A stretch of 64,000 bases of DNA from Batkoa obscura (Eukaryota). The stretch's first letter is position 1. Each line of letters begins with the position of its first letter. Positions 53,116 to 62,746 of the stretch are shown piece after piece. Below the pieces are notes generated by a model. That model saw nothing but the letters and a program-made list of their open reading frames with translations. It did no database searches and was not told where the DNA came from. Location of the stretch: contig JASVEC010000025.1 in assembly GCA_030770535.1 (NCBI GenBank), positions 372,001 through 436,000 on the forward strand, read 5' to 3'. The position numbers and the translations under genes were made by a program.

Positions 53116-54333
53116 AGTTCGATTTTTATGTATTAGTTTTTAATTCCGATCCTGCTTTTTTATACCTTCTTTTATCAATATTTTCCTCCCTTTACTATTT
53201 TTAAAATCCAACCTTAGCTGTATCAAAGTTATTTTTAGCTTGTTTAGAGATCTTCTTTTACCAAAAGGCTTACATGATCTTTGAAAAGCAAGCCTTCATC
53301 TTTATTTAATTACTTTTTAGCTTGAAAGACAAATGTATTTTTTGTTATTTATAGTAAAACTGCTAGGAGCAGTGTAAAGCTTTTTAAAAAGCACCATACT
53401 CGATTATTTTTTAATAAGCGGCTAAAAGTATTAAAATGAAACCATTTTAAAATGAATATTTTAATGAAAAAGCATAAAGTGGTATCGATTAATTTCTTTG
53501 ATTTTTAACTGCCCCTTTTTATTCTTGTAATTATTTTAATAATTTTATTTGTTTAAATGTAGTATTTTTATAAAACATATTTTTAATGAAGTGTTTTTTA
53601 AGCATATAAATCCCTTTGTATCGTAGTAATGGTCTAGTGAAAAAGTAAACTCATTAATTCTAGTCTTGAAGTAGACGATTTTTATTATTTAATGTTGATT
53701 TATTTTATATCAAAAGAATTCTTAGTTATAAAAAATTAAACATTTACAACTAAATTCTTTTTGAAGGTTTAGAATAAATAACAACTGTAATTTTTTAATT
53801 AAGATTAATTCATCATTTAATTATCTAAAACTTACATAAAAATGAGAAACTTGTTTGACTTACAACTGTTGCAACTTTTTTGCGACTTTTTTAGCGGTAG
53901 TTTTTATAATAAATTACTCTCATAATAAGATTTTTAATACCTAATTCTTATATTTTACTCGAACTTTAGTGTAATTTTTTTCTTAAATATGCTGTTAAAA
54001 AGGTCATAAGAGCTGCTGCCATAAAATGGCCTGAAAATCAACATTATCGATAGAAATAAATATAAATTAAAGAGTAATAAAGCATTATAAACTTTAGATC
54101 TTAATAATTTATCTGACTACACTTGATTAAATAACCTTTCCCAAATGTCTATTGAAAAACAATTAAAATTTTAAAAAAAAAGCTATGTTTTAAGTAAAAA
54201 GCAAAGGTCGAAAAGCATCAAAATTCAAATTAATCTGTAGATACTTTAAGAAATCAATTAGACTTGAAAACCAAAAGTTAATAGTGCTAACAAAAGGTTA
54301 AATATTATTGTTTATGACTTAAACAGTAACGAG

Positions 54334-54405
54334 TTCTTCATGGTCCAGTGGTTAGGATTTTCCGCTTTCACCGGAACGGCCGGGGTTCGATTCCCCGTGA
54401 GGAAG
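54334..54405 (+). tRNA. tRNA-Glu(TTC)
   Basis: Cloverleaf with anticodon TTC. Confidence 0.95.
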
Positions 54406-54600
54406 GAAACACTTTTTGGTGTTTCCCTTGCCATTTAAAACAAAAGCTCTTTATATTTTGATTGTATCTAATTATTGAATTTATTTTTAAGTTTTTATCC
54501 TATGCAGTATAACCATGTCTCTAAGACAAGCAATTAAACTTTCAGTGTTAAGGTTTGTATTGGGCTTTTAAAATTAAAATAATTATTTTTGTAAATATTT

Positions 54601-54701
54601 AGGATGTTTTTTTTTGGTTTCATCGCTTTTTCCATTTTTTTTAAACCCTATTTGAATGGAAAGATTGTTAGTAAAATTCTTAAACAAAAAAATACATCCC
54701 C
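54601..54701. mobile_element. MITE family A copy
   Basis: Consensus match; ATTT TSD. Confidence 0.85.
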
Positions 54702-55514
54702 ATTTATAGTTGAATATTATTCAGACTTAATAGTTTTTATCCAAAAACTTATTGTTTATAAAATAATGAGAGTTTATTGAAGCTGTAAATCTAACAGTAC
54801 TTTTTTTAGAAATGTTTTCAGAGAAAAGAGCACATTTAACCTCTTTACATTTAAGTCTCGTCCTATTGATGATTTTAGAGGCATGGATAAGTCAAAAAGT
54901 ATAGGGGTTGTCTCGGGTATTGCAATAGGGGCTTTGGTTCTATGCATTTAAAAACCATTAGTATGAAATTTTATTTATTACCAATGGTGGTTTTAGCTTT
55001 ACTCGATATGGTCTTGTTTTCACTTAGGTTAAATTGTACTTTAGAAGTGATGTCTAAAAGATATGATGTACTTCAATTACAATGATTAACCGCGCCTAAT
55101 AAGCTGTATATGCTTTAAAGAACAATGAATAATAAAAAGCCCCGAAAATATTAATTAAGGCTAAAGACAGTAGTTTCAAATTAAATACTTTAGATTAAAT
55201 TCTCCTTTCTCAGATTAATGCTTGATTTTCATTAGTAGCAAAGCATTTAAAGGCGTAATACCTCCATGTTTTTTTTAAATAATAGATGGTATTAGTGGGT
55301 ATAGATGTACTAAGGCTACTATAATCAAGTAACTAAAGCTTCATTTTATATTATCAATTCAAGTACTATCTTATTTTAAAGCATTTAGTATTTTTTTACC
55401 ATTACTCAGCCATACGCTAAGTTATAAACTACTAGATTAGTATGACAAATTTAAAAAAAATAAAAAGAATATAAAGACCAATGCTTTATTTTTATATATT
55501 AAATAACTAAATCA

Positions 55515-56816
55515 TCAATTGAGGAAGGCAGCTTTAAGATAATTCTTAATCCAAGCTGGGTCATACGCTTTGCTACCTTGGTTATTTTTACGGTATTCAG
55601 GCTGAGTACTTTCGGAAGGTAACGAACTTGGAATATTAGTGTTAGTACCAGTGGTTTTTGTAGTACATGATGAAGAGGAGTTAATAGGTAAATTGGAAGA
55701 TGGCATACCAGTGATAACGGTAGCGGTTAGAGTTGAGCATGGAGTGGTGCTAGAGCTAATTGACAAGTTCCCACTAGGGGTGGTTGTGCAAGAAGTGCTA
55801 GAACTAGTTGGTACATTTCCACTAGGAGTAGTTGTGCAAGAAGTGCTAGAACTAGTTGGTACGTTTCCGCTAGGGGTTGTTGAACATGAAGTGCTAGAGC
55901 TATTTGGAGAATTACTGCTGGTAGAAGTTGAGCATGATGAGGTGGTGGAACTAGTTGGTAAATTTTCGCTGACAGTTGTTTGGGTGTTTGGGACCTTTGA
56001 ATCGTATACCTCAGTAGATCCTGATGGCGGAGTGGAACTTTTTGCAGGTGGGGTATTGGACTTAGTAGGTGTAGTATTAGATTCTTCAGGTGGATTATAA
56101 GATTCTTCAGGTGGATTATAAGATTCTTCAGGTGGATTATAAGATTCTTCAGGTGGATTATAAGATTCTTCAGGTGGATTATAAGATTCTTCAGGTGGGT
56201 TATAAGATTCTTCAGGTGGAATATAATATTCGTCAGCTGGAGTACTTGACTCAGCAGGTGGATTAGTATCATATCCATCAGTATATTCTGGTGGAGGATT
56301 GGTTGAGTGTTTTGAATCATTACTTGTTGTAGTTTTTGATACCGATGGTTGGCTTTCAGTTACAATCGTTGGCTTAGGCTTAGTGGTAATATCAGTTTGA
56401 GGGGGGGTTGTTTCACCAGGTGGAGTTTGTGGCTCAGTATATGGAGTACTCGGAGTAGTAACACTTGGTTTGCTTTCAGTTCCAGTACAATAAGAAGCCG
56501 TTTCAGTACGAACTACTTGTTTTATACTGGTTTGCGTAACAGTAATAACATTTCCGTTTCCTCCATAGTTTCCGTTTCCTTCACTTCCGTAACCCCCTGT
56601 ACAAATAGCATCTTGAGCTGGGGTTTCAGTTATAGTTACAGTTACCGGTTCTCCATACCCGTAATCTCCACCATACCCATAATCGTCTCCATATCCATAA
56701 TCATCTGAAGTAACGGTCTTAGTTTTTGTAACCGTTTTTTTGCACTCTTTTGGCTTATTATGGGCACTTACACTAGTCAAAGCGAGTAATAAAGGAATTA
56801 GATTTTGGTATTTCAT
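55515..56816 (-). CDS. Secreted Thr/Ser/Pro-rich mucin-like protein with PPEESYN and Cys-containing repeats
   Basis: Signal peptide; 433-aa single ORF; N-terminus shared with the 58175 gene. Confidence 0.85.
   Translation of the reverse strand: MKYQNLIPLLLALTSVSAHNKPKECKKTVTKTKTVTSDDYGYGDDYGYGGDYGYGEPVTVTITETPAQDAICTGGYGSEGNGNYGGNGNVITVTQTSIKQVVRTETASYCTGTESKPSVTTPSTPYTEPQTPPGETTPPQTDITTKPKPTIVTESQPSVSKTTTSNDSKHSTNPPPEYTDGYDTNPPAESSTPADEYYIPPEESYNPPEESYNPPEESYNPPEESYNPPEESYNPPEESYNPPEESNTTPTKSNTPPAKSSTPPSGSTEVYDSKVPNTQTTVSENLPTSSTTSSCSTSTSSNSPNSSSTSCSTTPSGNVPTSSSTSCTTTPSGNVPTSSSTSCTTTPSGNLSISSSTTPCSTLTATVITGMPSSNLPINSSSSCTTKTTGTNTNIPSSLPSESTQPEYRKNNQGSKAYDPAWIKNYLKAAFLN
56079..56220. repeat. 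21-bp coding tandem repeat (PPEESYN x~7)
   Basis: AGATTCTTCAGGTGGATTATA unit. Confidence 0.95.
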
Positions 56817-57535
56817 GTCAAATGAATATACTTTTTAATGTATTTAGATATTAAAATTAATTTTCAAAATATTACTGATGTGTTCTATTTATATATTTTT
56901 CAACTTAATGTTTAAGGAATTTCTACGGATTTATATGGTAAATACAACCATTTTTGTATATTTTAGTAATGTATAAAATTTTAATAAATTGGATAATATT
57001 GAGTTATTATTTATAAAATAGATCGCATAATTCCATCGACACTGTATTTATAAAATCATCAATGAGAACAAAGAAACAATAATCTAATAATTTTTAATTT
57101 CAAATGTTCCTGCTATTTTTACAAATGTGCTTATGATTAAAGTCTAATAGTTTAATTAATAAGACTATTATTACACTAATGTATTATAAAACAAAACTTT
57201 AATATAAATATTACAGTTTATTTTTTTAAAGGTTTTTGTATTTTGGAATAGTTTAATATAATACTATTGATTAAACAAGTATCAATGTTATAAAAAAGTT
57301 TGAGTTTGCTCTAAAACAAGCTTTCAACGAAATACAGTCTGGATAAATACTTCAAAAGTAACATATATATATATATACTAATTCTAAAAGATAATAGCAC
57401 TATAATATCGTATATATAAACTATAATATAAACTGGGAGAATTATCAAGCTTTGACAGAGAGATAATATTAAATTTATCAAACATTATTTGTAACAAATA
57501 ATTTAAATAAAATTAACTAACGTTCTTATACAAAG

Positions 57536-57617
57536 GACACTTTGGCCGAGCGGTTAAGGCGTGAGCCTAGAAAGCTCATGGGGTTTCCCCGCGCAGGTTC
57601 AAATCCTGCAGGTGTCG
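57536..57617 (+). tRNA. tRNA-Ser(AGA)
   Basis: Identical to 50398-50479. Confidence 0.95.
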
Positions 57618-58174
57618 TTAGTCATCATTTTGTATTAGATTTTTTTAATGAAACAATGGTTTGAGCTTTAATAAAAACATTATTTTATCTAATATGTATC
57701 TAATTTCTTTATTCACTTTTAATCTTTTACATTTAATATTTCCATTGCCTTAAACTTATTACGATTGAATATATTTGATTATTATTTTTAACTACATAAA
57801 TTAATTAGTATTGATAAATTATAGATAAACTGATAATTAATAAACTTCTTTATGTATAAACGATTTATTAGAAAATTCAATAAAAACAAATTAAAAAAGT
57901 TGATCTACATAATTTGATAATTACTTCAACTTAATACAATTACGATTTATGTAAAATTGATTTATCTCAAATAAATTTAACGTAATAAAATTATAGAACA
58001 TTCAATAATTGTATCCACAAGAAAAAATTCTTCAATTGATTAATAAATTAAAACTATCTGTGCTATTACTAAATAAATCCATAAGTTAACCAACGCTTCA
58101 ATTAAGTATAAAAAGACAACTAATGAGCCTTTCAACATTAACTTTAAACAAATCGATATAAAAACTCATCCGGG

Positions 58175-58627
58175 ATGAAATTAAATCAATTGATATTAGC
58201 AATAGCAGGACTAAGCCTCGTCATGGCCCATGGTAAACCTAAAGATAAATGTAAAACAAAAACTAAATGGGTGACCAAGACAGTTGGCGGAAGCAAACCT
58301 TCACCAAGTACTGTAACCGTAACTGTAACATCAGGAAATACACCAACTTGTAGTCAAACTCCGCCTACTACCGTGACTCAAACTACCGTTGTAGAAACTT
58401 ATTCAACTTCTACTATCTCTATTTGCCCTACTGAAACAATGCATATCTTACCTTATGAAAGTGAAGTTACTATTCCGGAAATTAACCCGGAGTATGGGGA
58501 TTATAATTCAAATGAAGAGGGCTATAGTCAAAACGGTAATGATTACAACCAAGGTAACGAGGACTATAATCAAGGTAATAACCAATATATAAAGTTGACC
58601 GATAATGTAGATGAGTTTGATTATTAG
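58175..58627 (+). CDS. Secreted Thr-rich protein with an acidic Tyr/Asn tail (paralog of the 55515 gene)
   Basis: AHGKPKDKCKTKTKWVTKTV versus AHNKPKECKKTVTKTKTV; DYNQGN repeats; TATAAAA upstream. Confidence 0.85.
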   Translation: MKLNQLILAIAGLSLVMAHGKPKDKCKTKTKWVTKTVGGSKPSPSTVTVTVTSGNTPTCSQTPPTTVTQTTVVETYSTSTISICPTETMHILPYESEVTIPEINPEYGDYNSNEEGYSQNGNDYNQGNEDYNQGNNQYIKLTDNVDEFDY

Positions 58628-58826
58628 ATATAATCCATCAGTTCCCTCTTGAATTTTACTTTCTATTGTTATTAAACTTCTTAATTGTTAATGAAATTAA
58701 TTATATTTTTGAATTTATAATTCATTACTTTGATTTTATTTTTTGTAAGTTACATATTTTAAATTCTTTGTATCCATGAATAGTAGAAATAAAATGCTAA
58801 ATTTTAATAAATATCTTGCTATAAAT

Positions 58827-58918
58827 GAGGATGTATTTTTATGTTTACTTTACTAACAATTTTTCCACTCAAATAGCGCTTAAAAGATGGAAAAAGTGAA
58901 GCTAAAAAAAACACTCCT
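58827..58918. mobile_element. MITE family A copy
   Basis: Consensus match; AAAT TSD. Confidence 0.85.
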
Positions 58919-59162
58919 AAATAATACTTTGTTTAATAAGATATTAGAATTATTATTAATGTAGTCTAATAGTAAAACTTGATGGATTTTTTAAATTTCG
59001 CTCTATTTACAGTACCTTTAAAATCTTAGTATATTTCACATCGTTTGTAAGAAAACATCAAGGCAACTTAATAAAATTAATATTGTCCCCAATAATATAT
59101 TATTATTCTAAAGATGTTGGTATAAATTACTTAAAGTATCAACGTAAGTTAGAATAAAATAT

Positions 59163-59259
59163 GAGAATGTTTTTTTTGGTTTCATTATTTTTTCCCTTTC
59201 TAAGCGTTATTTGAGCGAAAAGATTGTTAGTAAAACTCTTAAACAAAAAATACATCCCC
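59163..59259. mobile_element. MITE family A copy
   Basis: Consensus match; ATAT TSD. Confidence 0.88.
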
Positions 59260-59417
59260 ATATGTATCTGGATTATAGAAACAACGATAAAAGGCTACTA
59301 AATCAAAGTAAACTATCAATAAAAATAAAATCCAATTTAAAACTAAACCATTAGTAATTGCGTTGGTTGATATTATATGATTAAATATAGTTACCTAATA
59401 GTGGGTACATATAATAA

Positions 59418-59499
59418 GACACTTTGGCCGAGCGGTTAAGGCGTGAGCCTAGAAAGCTCATGGGGTTTCCCCGCGCAGGTTCAAATCCTGCAGGTGTCG
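59418..59499 (+). tRNA. tRNA-Ser(AGA)
   Basis: Identical to 50398-50479. Confidence 0.95.
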
Positions 59500-59570
59500 A
59501 TTTATCAAACAAATACATATATATTTCTTACTACTGAAATCAATATTTTAGTTTTTTTATATTATACTAT

Positions 59571-59665
59571 GTGCATGTCACTTTTTGTTTAAAGAATTTA
59601 TTACCATTTTTCCGCTTAATAGTATTCAGAAAATGGATAAGTGATAACACCAAAAAAAACGTCCC
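59571..59665. mobile_element. MITE family A copy (old, degenerate)
   Basis: TTTTTGTTTAAAGAATTT..TTCCGCT..AAAATGGA..CCAAAAAAAACGTCCC. Confidence 0.65.
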
Positions 59666-59933
59666 TTATGTTAAGTTCTTAAAATGATTTTTCTATTTTT
59701 TTTATCAAATACTTTTTATATACAATAACTTTTTATACTAAAAATAAAATTTTATTACAATGGAGTGTATATCGCATTATTTATATGAGTTACCAGTTGT
59801 AATAATTTTTGAACTATACTCTATGTTAATAGCTTTTACGAATTATTAGAACTTTTGTAAGACTAAATAATAAATACTTTGATAATAATAGATTCTAAAA
59901 TAATTTGGTATTTAAAAAATATTATATAAGACT

Positions 59934-60464
59934 TTATAAATTCAACAATAATTGTTCTTCTTCATTATGTTGCTTTCTTGGTCTTCTATCAATAGGTTTA
60001 TATCTTAATTCCTTATGAGATTTATTTTTCCTATTATTATGTTGACGTTCATAAACAATGATTGGTTTTGGTATTAGCTCTTTATCTGTTGGTGGACTAG
60101 TTGGATTTTCTTTTGGTTGGTGTTTTGGCTTATGTTTTGTATTCTTTCTTTTAGGTGAATTTTGAGTTTGTTATCGTTTACCACCTTCATCTCCAATTCC
60201 ATTTTTGCTTGACTTATTTTCACGTTTTCTATAAATCACATCCTTTGGACGTTTGTATGGTAAAGCCTTTAAGTTCTTAGATGGATCAGTTGGTATAGGG
60301 TTAGGACAAGCAGATACAGTTTTCGTTACACAAGCAGCTTTAATTATTGTTTTACTATCACATGGTTTTTCTTGTTTATGTGGATCTTTACCATCATTAT
60401 AATCATTATGTCCAGAAACAATGGAAACAGAAAGGAGGAGAGCAATTATATTAAAGTGCTTCAT
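59934..60464 (-). pseudogene. Secreted Lys/Pro-rich protein gene with one internal TAA at codon 98 (97 aa, or 176 aa if read through)
   Basis: Paralog of the 62258 gene (KPC.KT...VSACP.PIPT). The frame stays open for 78 codons past the TAA, to ...HNEEEQLLLNL*. Confidence 0.65.
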
Positions 60465-61106
60465 TTAAAATGAGTAGCGATTACTGTTATTATCAAGATA
60501 ATGTTTTGATGAATTTCAACTAATATTGTAGTTTAGTTTGGACTATTTATACTATAGTTTTATCTTTTTATAACATGGTTATTTATTGATTTTAATTTCA
60601 TATATTAACATTTTACACTTCATTGCCTTGTGGTTATGAATTAATTGCATATGGCCAATTCATATACATTAATATGTTGTATGTTTGGTAGAGGAGTTTA
60701 TCTAGTATAAGTTGATTAAATTTTCATATCCATTTTTATATTTTATATAGCATATATGCTAGTAAATAACATTTTTCCTTATTTTCTGGTTAATAAATGC
60801 TACTTACATTTTTAATCAATTTCGAATTTCATTGAATTTGAAGGGTATTTTGCGATTTGAAGCTATTGTGGTTTTATATTTAGAAAACGCATATAACTTA
60901 AATTATAAAATTTCAATAGATTATGTACAATATATTAGATTAATATTACATTTATAAAAATACAATGTTAAGATAATGTTTGATAATTTATTACAAATAA
61001 CTTAAAAAAGTCCTCAACTAATATACATGTCGAATAACCCAATTCACTAGAATAATTGCAAATATTAAAAAAGAAAGTTACATCTTTTCAACTATTTATA
61101 CATTAT

Positions 61107-61378
61107 TTAGATAGGAAGGGGTAACGAATAGACAGGTGGCTGTTTTATTTTATGAAGTATTCATTTTTATGGAATAAATCGTTAATGAATTTTGATAAAA
61201 TAAAAACTCAAACCCTAACCCAACCTTAAGCTGTCCTAAACTAACCTTATCAACAGTTTATTGTAGCTACTTTTCTAATCTACTTAGTCCTCTTTTTTAT
61301 TGTTAAATGCTATTTAATATAGGAGTTTTTTTGTAGTGAAAAGCTAAGCACCTGCCTATTAGTTTCCTTCTACCCAAT
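61107..61378. mobile_element. Degenerate foldback/MITE-like element
   Basis: Imperfect ~30-bp inverted ends (core AATAGACAGGTG / AATAGGCAGGTG); internal AACCCTAACCCAACC..CTAACC tract. Confidence 0.4.
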
Positions 61379-61652
61379 CGGATTAATTTAAAGTATAGAA
61401 ATCACTTAGATCTAAAAGATCAATAGGTTGAGATAAGATATTAGTTAGTTTTCTATTAAAGAGGTTTACATTAATAACTTTCTACCTAGTACTTAAAATA
61501 AAGCATTCCCATCGATATTTTTTGTAATATAAAGAATGAATTAATTTGCTATGAACGAGAATAAGTTACGCGCTTTATTAAACGTAGATCAGCTAAAATT
61601 TTATATAATGTTCATGTTATTAAATTGGCATTAAATGAAAAAAAGGCTATTT

Positions 61653-61751
61653 GGGGGCGTCTTTTTTGGTTTCATTATTTTTTCCACTTTTTAAGCGCTA
61701 TTTGAGCGGGGAGATTGTTAGTATAATTCTTAAACAAAAAAATACATCCCC
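61653..61751. mobile_element. MITE family A copy
   Basis: Consensus match; ATTT TSD. Confidence 0.9.
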
Positions 61752-62257
61752 ATTTACTATAATTCAAATCACCTCTTTCAAAAAAACTATCAGTTTACAA
61801 TAAAGCAATTCAAGTGAAAATTTTCATCTTTTCTATGGTAACTGATGTTCTTCTTCAAATGTAATAATAATCCAAAAGGTCAACTGTGAGTTTAACTCTA
61901 AAAAACTCAAAAAGACAAAGTCAACAAACAAAAAATTTAAAAATATTATATGATACAACAAGTTTTCATATATATAAGCATAAGAACATAAACATTTATG
62001 TAACAAGTAACAATGTATAAAATTGAGATTACTTTAAAAAGAAAAGTGAACTAGTATAGATATTATTGTAATTATTCTAATGAAAATATTATATTATATT
62101 ATAAAATACAGATTAAAATAAAATAAATGACAATGATAAAATAGATACTTTGAAATAATACAAATAATGTAAACATTAGCTAAAAATTAAAACTAAATAG
62201 ATTTTATTGTAAAAAATAGAAAAGAATATCCAATCCTTTTCAATCTTTAACACTCGT

Positions 62258-62746
62258 TTAATAATTATATTCTTCTTCTTCTTCACTATAATCATCGCGA
62301 TATTCTTTCTTTGGCTTATCTTTCTTTGGCTTATCATGCTTTGGTTTATCATGCTTTGGTTTATCATGCTTTTTATCCTCGTATTCACCAGTTGGAGTAG
62401 GCTTTTTATCCTTGTAGTCACCAGTTGGAGTAGGCTTTTTATCCTTGTAGTCGCCAGTTGGAACAGGCTTTTTATCTTTATAGTCACCAGTTGGAACAGG
62501 CTTTTTATCCTTGTAGTCACCAGTTGGAACAGGCTTTTTGTCTTTGTATTCACCGGTTGGAATAGGTTTAGGACAAGCTGATACCACCTTTGTTTTATAA
62601 ACAACTTTAGTTACTGTTTTAGCATTACATGGTTTTGATGGTTTATGTTGTTGATATGGGTCATTATTATCCTCATAATTGTAATCATTACGAGCAGAGA
62701 CAGCAGAGACAGCAAGAACAAGGGCAATTAAACTAAAGTATTTCAT
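62258..62746 (-). CDS. Secreted Lys/Asp/Pro/Tyr repeat protein (PVPTGDYKDKK x6, KHDKP x~4)
   Basis: Signal peptide, 2 Cys, and 33-bp and 15-bp coding repeats. Confidence 0.88.
   Translation of the reverse strand: MKYFSLIALVLAVSAVSARNDYNYEDNNDPYQQHKPSKPCNAKTVTKVVYKTKVVSACPKPIPTGEYKDKKPVPTGDYKDKKPVPTGDYKDKKPVPTGDYKDKKPTPTGDYKDKKPTPTGEYEDKKHDKPKHDKPKHDKPKKDKPKKEYRDDYSEEEEEYNY

Noticed and set aside
62379..62563. DYKD resembling a FLAG tag (engineered sequence)
   Set aside because: It is DYKDKK within a natural degenerate 33-bp repeat with paralogs.
52359..62604. Alternative-frame and antisense ORFs over the secreted repeat genes (52359, 52582, 55639, 55727, 56349, 62176, 62336)
   Set aside because: Shadows of stop-poor tandem repeats.
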